Shown here piece by piece: positions 25,595 through 38,516 of a stretch of 64,000 nucleotides of DNA. This DNA is from Lama glama (lineage: Eukaryota). The notes beneath the pieces were generated by a model that saw only the letters and a program-made list of their open reading frames with translations, ran no database searches and was not told the origin of the DNA. The stretch's first letter is position 1, and each line of letters begins with the position of its first letter. Both the position numbers and the translations under genes were made by a program. The stretch is from positions 1 to 64,000 of the forward strand of contig CM052816.1 of NCBI GenBank assembly GCA_028534125.1, given 5' to 3'.

Positions 25595-26392
25595 TTATGG
25601 TCTCTGTTACAACTACATACTCAACTGTGCTGTTATAGAGTAGAAGCAGCCAGCGACAATTCACAAATAAAGGGGTGTGGCTGTTCCCCCTGCCCTTTTC
25701 AGTTTTATTATGTAGAATTATTACAGTTCGACTGCACACACATTATATCACATGTAAATATATATATACAGTATACTGCACATTTTTTTAGTTTTCATAT
25801 ATGTACTAATTATTGTTTCTAAGAACAGATTAGAGCTTTAGCTTTTCAAACTTACATAGCTACCAAAGGAATAAAGCCAACTACAAAATAAGAATCAACA
25901 GAACATGGTAATCCAACCATAAAAGACAGTCAAATGTGCTTACACGTATTCAAGAAATGAAAATAATAATTTGTTCATTTTGTCCTTATTATTACTGTCA
26001 TTAATTTTTAGATTCCTCATATAAATGATGTCATATGGCATTTTTCTTTCTCTTTCCGGCCCACTTCACTTAGAATGACAAACTTCAGGTCCATCCACAT
26101 TGCTGCAAATGGCGTTATATTATTCTTTTTTATGACTGAGTAGTATTCCATTTTTCTTTATCCAGTCACCTGTTGATGGATATTTAGGTTGTTTCCATGT
26201 CTTGGCTATTGTAAATAGTGCTGCTATGAACATTGGGGTGCAGGTGTCTTTTTGAATTTTACTTTTCTCTGGATATATGCCCAGGAGTGGAATTGCTGGA
26301 TGGAATGTGGCTGTTTCAATATGACTTCATTTATAAAGCAGGAGGCAGCCAGCCTTGGCCTGTGGGCCACGGTTTACCAGCCCCTGTCCTGG
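25595..26392 (+). mobile_element. MER58A-like remnant split by an L1 insertion
   Basis: Left part 'tggtctctgttacaact...aagcagccagcgacaa...tgtggctgtt'; right part 'tgtggctgtttcaata...ttggcctgtgggccacggtttaccagcccctg'. Confidence 0.7.
25690..26305 (-). mobile_element. 5'-truncated L1 3' end with non-canonical 3' tail
   Basis: Reverse complement of the ORF2 C-terminus at about 26005-26300; AT-rich tail with minus-strand AATAAA at 25704-25709; TSD tgtggctgtt at 25676-25685 and 26306-26315. Confidence 0.8.
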
Positions 26393-27508
26393 ATCATCTC
26401 ATCAGTTTGCACATGTGCTCTAAGACCACCTTAAAACAGACAAACGCTCTCCCCACATCTCCAGTGTCCTCTCCACTTACTGCTCTTCCAAGAGACTGTA
26501 AACTCTCCCCTGTGATTGGCCCCCAACCACCACCCAGGAATTTCTCCCTCCAGACAAACTCTTGTCCCTGCCACTCGCTGACACCTGAGATCTACCTGTG
26601 CGATTCTTGGAGGCTTCCACCTGCATATCATTCTACCTGTGATGTCCTGGGAGGGGCAGACTCACCCCTGCACAGAGGCCCACGGGAAGTGGGAGCTCTG
26701 TGCACACTCACAGTCAGGTTCTTTGCAGTGAGAAAAGGGAGACCTGGGGTCTCCTGACCAGGGCGGACTCTGGGTGCTGACTAAGGGGTGCTCTGATTCA
26801 CATGCCATGCAACCGTGGATGCCTACAGAGTGTTGACAAACTGCTGGGATGTGACAGGGCTGGCAGTGGGTGGCAGAGGGCCTTGGCTCAGGAGGACATG
26901 TTGGAGCTTCTCTGGTCAGAGGTGGCAGAGAAGGCCAGGCCCCTGGTCCAGGAAGCTGCCCTGAATTCCAGTTGCTCTCGGCAGAATCCAGCCCAGGTCC
27001 CTAGATGCTAGAGGGGCACTTGGTAGGCTCCGTCGGGCAGAGTAGCAGAGGTGGGATGTCGGAGGCTGGAGGCTGGGCTGCAGACAGGAGAAGAGAGGGC
27101 AGGGACCAGCTCCTGGCCTGTCACGTGGCCTCCTCTGACCTACGTGATGGACCCAGAAACATAATTTAGAAAATCCTCATGGCGTCACCAAACTGGACTG
27201 GCCTGCTGCTTCCAGAAAGGGTGGATTTGCCCTCTTTTTCCCTGAGGGTAATCCAGGACCACTGGGGCCACCAGAGATGACTCACAGGTGGACTCAAGGC
27301 TCACAGACAGTCAGTCCTGGCCTTGGGTTTCTGGGTGTTTTGAGCCCGAGGAGATACGCTGTCTCCAGGGCAGAAAGGCCTGGGCTCTGCAGTCAGGATT
27401 TTCCTTGTGCTCGGGTAACCCCTGAGCTGGCTGGGACTGACATACCCATCGCCTCCTTTAACCTGCCCTCTGCAAGTCCCTGTTTTCAACCCTAGGGACT
27501 CCGTCACC

Positions 27509-28360
27509 TAGGAGTCAAATGGCTGAATCATACGGTAATTCTATACTTCACTTTTTGAGAAACCATCCTTCTGTTTCCCATAGTGGATGCACCGCTTCAC
27601 ATTTTCACCAGCAGTGCACACCGATTCTCGTTTCTGAACATCCTCACTGACACTTGTTATTTTCTGCTTCTTTTCTGCATCTCAGCAGGTACAAAGTAGT
27701 ATTTTGTTGTGCTCTTCACTTACACATCCTTAATGACTGATAATGATGGACATTCTTTCATATGCTTGCTGGTCATTTGTGTATCTTCTTTAAAATATCC
27801 ATTGAAGTCCTTTGCCCATTTTTTAGCCGGGTTGTTTTCCCTTTTGCTGGTGAGTTGAAAGAATTCCTTATATATTCTGTATGCTAGACTCTTTTCAGAT
27901 GTAGGATTTGCAAATTTTTCCCATTCTGGACATCATTATCTTTTCACCTTATTAATGTCCTCTGATGCACAAACATTTTTAATTTTGATGAAGTCTGTTT
28001 TCCTTTTATTGCTTGTGCTTTTGGTGTCATATCTGAGAAGCCATTGTCAAATCCCAGATCATGAAGATTCGCCCTTGTGTTTTCTTCTATGAGTTTTATA
28101 GTTTTACATCTACAGTCCATTTTGGTTAACTGGCAGAGGTTGACTTGAGATAGGGATCCAGCTCCATCTTTCTGTGTGGCTCTCCAGTTGTCCCAGCACC
28201 ATTTGTTGTTGAGACTCTTCTTTCTCCCAAATGGTTTTTGCACTCCTGGTGAAATCCATTGGCCATCAACGCTTGGTGAGTCCTTGAACTCCCGGTTCCA
28301 TCCCATTGGTCCTATGTCTGTCCCTGTGCCAGAGACTGCCCTGTGTTTGAACTACCACTG
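27509..28360 (-). mobile_element. Old L1 ORF2 fragment (L1M-type)
   Basis: Minus-strand peptides NKWCWDNW and TIKLIEENTRANLHDLGFDNGFSDMTPKAQ. Confidence 0.85.
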
Positions 28361-29254
28361 TTCCCTCAGCCTCACCAGGACTCTCATTCTTCCCATCTGC
28401 AAGACGCTTCACTCTAAGTCCACTCCAGCTGCAGCTGGCAGGTATCCATGATGGCCCTTCACCACCACAGTGTTACCTGTGTCCATCCTGGGTGATGCCC
28501 CACTAATGGGGGGAGCACCGGTTCCTTGTCATCCTCCTGCCCTCCTCCCATCTCCATGCTGCTGGTCCTTTCCTGAGTGTGGCCAAGCTCGGGTCCTTTT
28601 TCCATGCTCATGACCCAGAGCGCAGGCCCAGCATCCCTCATTTGTGAGCCACCTTGGGCAGGAGTGTGTCCCCATCAAAGCCCTGGGGCTGTGGGGCGGC
28701 CCCAGCTCTAGGAATGCAGCACTTACGGGTGAGCCTGTGTATGTCTGTGTGAAGACCCAGTTCTGAAACCCACCTCCACGGGCTCAGCTCCCAACTCGAC
28801 CACTTCCTTGGTCTGACCCTGAGCTGGCCGCCCACGCTTGTGGTGTAGGGTGACCTAGGCTGAGGCTGAGCCCATCTTTCCTGCCCCAACCTGGGCCCAA
28901 GCCCCCAGAGCCCCTGGGAAGATTGCAGCCAGGGTGAGTCACTGCTGATTAAGGTGGGAAGGCGTTTTCTGGGTGGGGTTATATGTCTGGAACAGTCCTG
29001 CCCGCAAGAGGCATATGAAGACAGATGATCACTGTTAAGGCCATGGGGGATCACATGAGGGGCTTGGCATTGCAAAGAGGAACTTGTGTGATCTGGACCC
29101 TGACTGCCAGCTGACCACATAGAGGGGACAGGGAGGGTATAGTGGGAGCTGAAGCTCCAAGTCCAGAGAAGGAAAGAGGATGGCTTGTGTGGGTGAAGGT
29201 GGGCACAGCTGGTGTGGCCAGAGCCCATTTGAACCTGGATTCTTATGAGTTCTT

Positions 29255-29748
29255 GTGAGTGTCATCACATGTGTGCAAGTGCATGTGCATATCTGTGTAT
29301 ATGTGTACACATGCACACATATGCAAGTGTCTGTGCGTGTGTGCGGGTGCATTGTATGCATGTGATTGCATTGTGCAAGCACACTAGTGTGTGTGCAATG
29401 TATATGTGTTCATGTATACGAATGCATGTGTACAAATGCTTATGTGTGTATTGTGTGCAGGTGACTGCATGTATGCCAGTGTGAGCAAGGGCGTGCATAT
29501 GTATGAGGGTGGGAATACAAGTGTGTGAGTGTATTGTGCAAGTGCACACATAAGTATCCGTGCATATGCATATGTATATGCAAGTGTTCGTGGTATGAAC
29601 TTGTGAGCATGAGAGTACAAGTGTGTGTGTTGTGCAAGTCCCCATACAAGTGCACGTGTGTGCATATGCAAGCGTTCATTTGTATGTTCGCATGTGTGTG
29701 AGTTTAAGTGTGTGAGTGCATATGTATGAGTGTGTGTGCATGTGTGCA
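29255..29748. repeat. Degenerate (TG/TGCA)n low-complexity repeat
   Basis: About 500 bp dominated by alternating purine-pyrimidine units. Confidence 0.9.
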
Positions 29749-31393
29749 CTCCTGAGTGCCCACTTGGGTGTCCAGAATGGACCAGTGCCCTAGATGTTTG
29801 ACAAAGGGCAGGGGCTCCAGCAGCCCTCAAGGTGGGCATCCTAAAGCGTCAGTGAGGCCTCCTAGGGTGTGGAGCAGAATTCCTATGGATTGGTGCAGGT
29901 AGGCTCCTAGGAGCCAGGTGGTGGGACCAGGGTCAGATGGAGTCTGAGGGCATTGGTCTTAGCAGTAACAGGGACAAGCCAAGAGCACAGATGATCTCAG
30001 GACTTGGGAGCAAGAGACCCCGCCCTGCCAGGTTCCAGGTAACCTGGCACCACAGAGCCCCATGGCTGGCCTGAGACTCCATGAGAGTCCCACTCAAGGA
30101 GGGGTCCTGGCTGGCTCCAGAGTGTGGGGCAGGGCGGACTGAGGCTAGCCCCGCCTCCTGGATCCCTGTCGGTCTCAGCTAAGGTTTGGGCCACTCCTCC
30201 AGCACAAGCTGACTGGCTCTTGTCCCAGGGTCCTGAGTCTCATGATCAGGACCTCCCAGGGCCACCAGCCAGCCAACTGTGCTGCCTCAGAGCCTCCCTT
30301 ACAGCTACTAGAGCCCTTGGTCATGGAGGAGAAGTGTCCTCAGGATCTGGAGCAGTCTCCAGCTTCCTCCTCAGCCAGACCAAGTCAGCCGCAGGAGGCC
30401 CTGGGGTGAGGAAGCCCTAGGGGGTGTGCCCCAGGGCAGGTGGGGAATGAGGAGAAGTGTACCGTGGGCATGAGGCCCAGCTTGGAATAGGAGCTCAACA
30501 TCCTCTGCTCCTACCCACTCTTCTCCCAGCAGGCCTCACTAAGAGGTCGCAGGGTGAGGAGTGAGGCCAGGTCTGAGAGGATGGGCAATATGCCTGGCCA
30601 GGTGCAAGCTTAATTTCCTGTTCTAGAGAATGAAGACTCATGGCAACTTTCTTCATGGGACTCAGGGGGAGTGGATCGAGGACTCTGCACTCTGGAGGGA
30701 CATGACAGTGTAAGCCTCCCCCTTCTCCAGGGATAGTCTGGGGACTGAGAACCAGGATATAGGCACCAATGGCCCCTTTGTGGTGCCCCCCCCAAACGAT
30801 TATAAGGCACAATCTTTGCACCCACTCACGGTATCCATACACAGCTCAAACAAGAGCGAAGAACATGGCCACAATCCCTGCTATGCATGCAGGACATGAC
30901 CTGAGGACTAGCCTTCCTAGTGTCAGACCTTCTCTGTCCGTTTAATTTTCGTCTCTGCAATGCCAAGCAGCCACAGTGGTGGAGGGAGGACTCAGCAACC
31001 CCCAGGTAGATTGGGCAGGGAGCTCTACAGGAAGCAAGGACACTTGGTCCTGGCTCATTCCAGCTTGAATCTCCTGGAAAAGAGATGATGCCTCATGTTT
31101 GGCCAGGCTAGGGGCAGACACAGGCCAGCCTGGCAGAATGAGGAAAGAAAGGCTGGGGCAGGTGAAAATGTGGGGTGTGTGCAGCACTTAGAGTTGCAAC
31201 TCCAGAGGCAGAGGTAGGTTGGGCTTTTGGGGGTCCTGGAGCAGCTTCTCACTGGGTGAGCCCTCACAAGATGAGGGGATGGATATATATCTCTCACATC
31301 ACTTGGAGCCCCATCTGCAGAGTCAGGATCAGAGGACAGGGTAGTCTTTGATCCTGGAAGGTTGGGGGAAGGCAGCCCCACCTCTCTCAGGGC

Positions 31394-31412
31394 TATAAAA
31401 AGTTAATAAACA
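31394..31412 (+). repeat. Displaced first 19 bp of the ERV 5' LTR
   Basis: 'tataaaaagttaataaaca' matches the 3' LTR start 'tgtaaaaaaaaattaataaaca' at 47312. Confidence 0.75.
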
Positions 31413-31629
31413 ACTGGGAGTTTGAAATTTGTAGATACTGACAGGCATATGTAGAATAGATAAACAAGATTATATTGTATAGCACAGGGAAATATATACA
31501 AGATCTTGTGGTAGCTCACAGTGAAAAAGAATGTGACAATGAATATATGTATGTTCATTTATAACTGAAAAATTGTGCTCTACACTGGAAATTGACACAA
31601 CATTGTAAACTGACTATAATTCAATTTTT
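31413..31629 (+). mobile_element. Short young L1 3' UTR fragment
   Basis: Closely matches 13210-13420; 15-bp TSD aaaa(g/a)ttaataaaca at 31398-31412 and 31630-31644. Confidence 0.9.
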
Positions 31630-33258
31630 AAAAATTAATAAACAGAAAACCCAGAGGAAGATCGCCGAGATGGCAGAGTAGAAGGACACTTTGCTCGCCC
31701 TCTCTGATGAATACAGCAAAGACTACATTTACACATGGAACAAGTCTCACAGAATATGTACTGAACTTTGGCAGAACATCTCTTGCAGTTAGAAATACAA
31801 GGAAATTCTCAGAAAACCGAGTAGAAAAAAAAAAAAGGAAATTGCTGTAGGACCTGTCCATGGGGAAGGAGCAGCAAAGGAGGAAAACTGCCCTCACTCT
31901 GGGGAGCCCCCTCCCCTTTCCAGTGGGGAGGTCAACAGGGACAGAAAGGGAGCTCAGAGAGAAAGCAGTGGCCACTTGGCAGGCAGAACTGAGAGAGACT
32001 AGCACAGAGGGTCCCTGCAATCCCTGGACTGAGACATGAGCAGGTGGGAATGGGTTGGGACAAGGTGCTGGAGCTTGGGCTTCTGTGGATGAGCCTGGGG
32101 AGAGGGCTGGGGCTGACTATGCAGAGACAGCCTCAGATGGCTGGAGTGTGGTGTGAGCTGGGGCTGGAAGTGTGTGCAGAACAGAACAGCCTACATGCCC
32201 CGCAAAAGAGCACCATTACTGGTGCGTGTAGGGGGAGGGGTTCGACGCAGCCTAGACATAACAATCCTCTCCACTAGTTCAGAGGGCATTGCTCAGCATC
32301 ATTGTTGGTGCATGTTCTCACAAGCAGAAGGGCAGGGTTCAGACACAGTGGTCTTCTCGGCTTGCTTTGGCGGGGCAAAATAGCTGGCGCACAGCTCCCA
32401 GGTGGAGATAAGGCTGAAACTTGAATCCATATTCAGGGGTCCCACGACTTCTCAGGCAGGACTGAGATTTGATTCAAGCTCCAGGTGGCAGTGGCAGATT
32501 TGCACTGCTGGTGCATTTGTGGACCCACAACTCTGAGACAAATGAACAGAGTCCTGGTGCATGGTGGGGGCACGTCTGGGGTTAACAGCAGGCCTGTGTA
32601 TGGGTCTGGGGTCTGGGCTGACACTATGGCACACAGTGGATCCAAGTTTGTGAATGCATGTGCACTATAGCAGGTCCTAGTGCTTAACATATGTAGATCA
32701 GCCCTGGTGGATCTGCAGATGAAGAGTCTGGAAGTCACCGGGGTAGGTTGCCAACATTCCTGCAGCTGAGCAGGGACAAGGGCAGCATCCACAAAGTGTA
32801 CTTTGTAAGCCCACATAACAAGTGACAGATGACACCATCAAGGGCACTTGCTGGTGGACATCTCCAGCAGAGGGAGACTCTGCAGCTCCTCTTCCAATCC
32901 CACCTACCACACACCATATGCAGGTCAGAAATGGGTCTGGAAGCCTCTATTCTAATAACAGGGAATCAGACCCATCCCCTGTCAGGGCTGTGACAACCAA
33001 AGAGAAAAGACGAGGTCCCGCTCAACAACCAGGGCAGGCTGTGGTCACCACAACACCAACTGTACCCTGAATCAAAGGGTAATAGCCAGCACACATGCTG
33101 TGGGAACCACCCATACTGAAAAAAACAGCCCTTGCAACAAAAGTATTAGACATGAACAGTCTACACAGGGATGCTCCCACATGAAAAAAAAAGCCATTCA
33201 AGACCACAGTAGATAACTATTACTCCTAAATTCATAGAGTCAGAGAAATATAAATAAA

Positions 33259-34145
33259 ATGAAGAATCAGAGGAACCCCTCCCAATTAAAAGATCAAGAG
33301 AAGTCCCCTGAAATAAAAAAAATAAAACAATGAAATAGACCATACAGTCTATTAGATCCTAAGCTCAAAAATGAGGTGATAAAAGCACTGAAGGAAATGA
33401 GTCTATCAATACAAATGCAGAATAATATAAAAAGGGAAAAGAAACTATAAAGAGGAGCCAATTAGGAGAAGAAAACTCAATTGTTGAGGTAAAAGCTGAA
33501 CTGAAAGAAGTCAATAGACTAAATAATGCAGAAGAACAAATAAGTGATTTAGAAGACAAGACAATGGAAATCACCCAATCAGAACAGCAGACAGAAAAGC
33601 AAATGAAAACAAATGAAAGCAATATAAGGGACCTATGGGATAATATAATTTGTGCCAATCTATGCATAATAGGGCTCCCAGAAGGAGAAGAAAGAGAAAG
33701 GGGGATCAAAAGGGTATTTGAAGAAATCATGATGGAAAACTTCCCAAACCTAAAGAAGGAAACAGATATCCAAATACAGGAAGCATAGAGGGTCCCAAAT
33801 AAGGTGAGCCCAAACAGACCCACACCAAGACATATTATAATTAAAATGGCCAAAGTTAAAGAAATGATTCTAAAGGCAGCAAAAGAAAAACAAAGAGTTA
33901 GTTACAAGGGAACCCCCTAAAAGGCTATCGGCTGATTTCTCTACACAACATTGCTGGCCAGAAGGGAGTGGTGAGATATATTCAAAGTCCCAGATGAGAA
34001 AAAGCTGCAGCCTGTGATACTCTACCCAGCAAGACTATCCTTTAGAATAGAAGGAGAGATAAAGAATTTCACAGACAAGCAAAAAGTAAAAGAATACAGC
34101 AATACTAAACCTACCCTAAAAGAAATATTGAAAGGTCATCTCTAA
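33259..34145 (+). pseudogene. L1-A ORF1 (disrupted)
   Basis: ATG at 33259; peptide MEITQSEQQTEKQMKTNESNIRDLWDNI...ENFPNLKKETDIQIQEA; internal stops and frameshifts. Confidence 0.88.
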
Positions 34146-34558
34146 ACAGAAAAGAAGCAGGGAGCTATAGAAAAGAGAAAATGACAATTGAAACTGTGAT
34201 AACTACAATGAACTGCAAGAGGATAAACATGAAAGTATAAAAGAGGACATCAAAAATCATAAAATGTGGGAGAAAGGAGCAAGAAAATGTAGATTTTCTT
34301 TTCATTCTTCTTAGGATGTGTTTGAGCTTATATGACAACCAGTCTAAAGCAAACAGATATAGTAATGGGTTAATATACTTGAAAAACAGGGTAACCACAA
34401 ATCAAAAGCATACAATAGACTCTCTCTCTCTCTCACACACACACACACAAAGAAACCAAGAAAATACAAAAGAAAATTATCAAACCCAAAAAGGAAAACA
34501 AAAATAAAAAGAAAGAAACAAAAAATAAACACAAAAACCATCTGGAAAACAGTTTAAA

Positions 34559-37500
34559 ATGGCAATGGACACACATCTATCAGTAATTACTGTTAATGTC
34601 AGTGGGCTAAATGCTCCTATCAAAAGATGTAGAGTCGCAGATTGAATAATAAAACAAAAGCCTATAATATGCTGCTTACAAAACACCCACTTTAGGGTGA
34701 AGGACACACATAGATTAAAAGTGAAAGGATGGACAAAGATGTTTCATGCAAATGGAAATGACAAGTGAGGGTAGCAATACTCATATCAGATAAAACAGAC
34801 TTTGTTGTTGCTGTTGATTTTGGGGGGGATGTAATTCAGTTTGTTTATTTTTAGAGGAGGTACTGGGGATTGAACCCAGGACCTCCTGCAAGCTAAACAT
34901 ATGCTTTGCCACTTGAACTATACCCTCCCCACCTCAGACAAAATAGATTTTAAAACAAAGATCATAAAAAAGTAAAGAAGGACACTATATAATGATAAAA
35001 GGAGCAACTAAAGAAGAGGATATTATGCTCATTAACATATATGCACCCAATATATGAGCACCTAAATATATAAAACAAATACTAACAGACATAAAAGGAA
35101 AAATTGATAGGAACACAATAATAGCAGGAGATTTTAACACCCCACTAACATCGTTGAACAGATTTTCCAGACAGAAAATTAATAGGACAATTGAGATACT
35201 AAATGACACAATAGGGCAGTTGGACTTAGTTGATATTTTTAGATTACATCTGCAAAAAACAGAACATACATTGTTTTCAAGTGTGCATGGAACATTCTCT
35301 AGGAGAGACCACATATCAGACACAAAAGAAGCCTCAGCAAATTTAAGAGGACAGAAATTATTTCAAACATCTTTTCTGACCGCAATGGCATGAAACCAGG
35401 AATCAACCACGGAGTAGGGAGAGGAGGGGGGACAAGGGAAAAGCAACTGCATGGAGACTAAAAAACATGCTACTAAAAAACCAATGGGTCAATGATGTAA
35501 TCAAAGGAGAAATTAAAAATTACCTCAAGACAAATGACAATGAAAACACAACCACACAAAATTGATGGGATGCGTAAAAAGTAGTCCTAAGAGGGAAGTT
35601 CACAGTAACACAGGCCTTCCTCAAAAAAACAAGAACAATCTTAAATAAACAATCTAACCTACCACCTAAAAGAATTAGGAAAAGAAGAACAAACAAAATC
35701 TAAAGTTAGCAGAAAGAGAGAAATTATAAAGATCAGGAAGGAAATAAGTAAAATAGAAATTTTAAAAATAGAAAAAAAGTCAATCAAACCAAGACCTGTT
35801 TTTTTTCTTGAAAGAGTAAACAAAATCAACAAACCTATGGCCAAGCTCACTAAGAAGAAAAGTGAGAGGACACAAATAAACAAAATAAGAAATAAAAGTG
35901 GATAAAATACAACCAACACCACAGAAATACAAAAATCCATAAAAGAATACTATGAACAACTATATGGCAACAAACTGGACAATGTAGGAGAAATGGAGAA
36001 GTTTCTAGAAACATACAGTCCACCAAAATAAATAAATAATTTGAACAGACTGATCACTAAATGTGAAATAGAATCAGCAAAAAAAACCTTCCCTGCAAAT
36101 AAAAGCCCAGGACCAGATGTCTTCACTGGAGAATTCTACCAAACATACAAAGAACTCATACCAGATCTTCTCAAACTTTTCTAAAAAAACTGAAGAGGAA
36201 GGAATACTCCAAAACTTATTCTATGAAGCCACCATCACCCAGATACCAAAACCAAAGACACTACCAAAAAAGATAATTACAATCCAATATTGTTGATGAA
36301 TATAGATGAAAAAATTCTCAACAAAATATTAGCAAACAGAATCCAAGAACACACACACACACAAAGATCATACACTATGATCAAGCTGAATTCATCCCAG
36401 GGACACAAAGATGGTTTAACATACACAAATCAATCAATGTGGTATACCACATCAGCAAAAGAAAGTCCAAAAATCATATGATCATCAATAGATGCAGAAA
36501 AGACATTTGTTAAAATTCAACATCCCTTTATGATAAAAAATCTTAACAAAGTGGGTATAGAAGGAACATATCTCAACATAATAAAAGCTATTTATGACAA
36601 ATCCACAGCCAACATATAATACTTAAAGGTGAAAAGCTGAATGCCTTCTTGCTAAAATCTGGAACAAGACAAAGATGCCCACTATTCACCACTTCTATTA
36701 AACATAGTTTTGGAAGTCCTAGCCATAGCAATCAGACTAGAAAAAGAAATAAAAGGGATCCAAATTGGAAGAGAAGAGGTAAAACTGTCAGTATATGCAG
36801 GTGACATAATACTATATATAGAAAACCCTAAAGGCTCCAGACAAAAACTACTAAAGCTGATAAAAGTATTTGGCAAGGTAGCAGAATACAAGATTAATAT
36901 ACAGAAATCAGTTGCATTTCTTTACACTAACAATGAAATATTGGAAAGGGAAAGTAAAGAAACAATCCCCTTTAAAGTCACATCAAAAAAAAAAAAAACC
37001 AACTTAGGAATAAATCTGACCAAGGAGGTGAAAGGCTTACATGTGGAGAACTACAAAATATTGATTAAGAAAATTAAAGATGATTTAAAGAAATTGAAAG
37101 ATATCACAAGCTCTTGGATTGGAAGAATTAATATAGTTAAAATGGCTATACTACCCAAAGCAATCTACAGATTTGATGTGATCCCTATCAAATTACCCAG
37201 GACATTTTTCACAGAACTAGAATAAACCATCTAAAATTCACATGGAATCTCAAAAGACCCAGAATTGCCAAAGCAATACTGAAGAAAAAGAACGAAGCTG
37301 GAGGAATAACCCTCCCAGACCTAAAACAATACTACAGAGCTACAGTCATCAAAAAAGTGTGGTATGGGCACAAAAATAGACATATGGATCAATGGAACAG
37401 CATAGGAAGCCAAGAAATAAACCTAGATACTTACAGTCAATTAATCTTTGACAAAGGAGGCAAAAATATACAATGGAGAAAAGACAATCTCTTCAGCAAG

Positions 37501-38503
37501 TGATGTTGGGAAAACTGGACAGCTGCATGTAAATCAACGAATTTAGAGCACTCCTTCACACCATACACAAAAATAAACTCAAAATGGCTTAAAGACTTAA
37601 ACTTAAGACAAGACACTACAAATCTCCTAGAAGAAAACACTAGCAAAACATTCTCTGATATAAATCTCAGCAATGTCTAAGGCAGTCTACCTGAGCAATA
37701 GAAATAACAGCAAAAATAAACAAATTTGACCTAATTAAATTTATAAGCTTTTATACAGCAAAGGAAACCATAAACAAAGCAAAAAGACAGCCTGCAGAAT
37801 GGGAAAAAATATTTGCAAATGATGCAGCTGACAAGGGCTTAAATTCCAGAATACATAAGCAGCTCATACAACTTAATAACAAAAAAAACCGAACAACCCA
37901 ATCCAAAAATAGGTACAAAACCTAAACAAGCAAGTCTCCAATGAAGACATACACATGGACAATAGGCACATGAAAAAGTACTCGATACAGCTAATTAGCA
38001 GAGAAATGCAAATCAAAACTACAGTGAAGTATCACTTCACACCAGTCAGAATGGCCATTATGCAAAAGTCCACAAGCAATAAATGCTGCACAGAGTGTGG
38101 GGGATAGGGAATCCCTCCCACACTGTAGGTGGGAAGGTAGTTTGTTGCAGCTGTTATGGAAAACAGTATGGAGATTCCTCAAAAAGTTAAAAATAGACTT
38201 ACAATATGATCCAGAAATCCCGCTCCTTGGCATATATCTGGAGGGAAGTCTTTCAAAAAGATACATGCACCCCAATGTTGATAGCAGCACTATTTACAAT
38301 AGCTAAGACATGGAAGCAACCTAAATGTCCACTGACAGATGACTGGATAAAGAAGATGTGGTACATACTCAGCCATTAAAAGAAAGAATAAAACAGTGCC
38401 TTTTGCAGCAACATGGATGGACCTGGAGATCATCCTTCTAAGTGAACTAAGCCAGAAAAAGAAAGAAAAATACCATAGGACATCACTCATTTGTGGAGTC
38501 TAA
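34559..38503 (+). pseudogene. L1-A ORF2 (endonuclease/reverse transcriptase; disrupted)
   Basis: Starts MAMDTHLSVITVNVSGLNAPIKR. The RT active-site region reads '[12 protein letters not shown]' (consensus FADD). Many stops and frameshifts; SINE insertion at 34804-34933. Confidence 0.9.
34804..34933 (-). mobile_element. tRNA-derived SINE (Vic-1-like) inserted in L1-A ORF2
   Basis: Reverse complement 'ggggagggtatagttcaagtgg...gaggtcctgggttcaatccccagtacctcc'; TSD tcagataaaacagacttt (34786-34803) / tcagacaaaatagatttt (34934-34951). Confidence 0.88.
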
Positions 38504-38516
38504 AGGAAGAAGGCAG

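Noticed and set aside
29245..29839. Cys/His/Thr-rich ORFs (also 23642-24064)
   Set aside because: Translations of TG/CA simple repeats.
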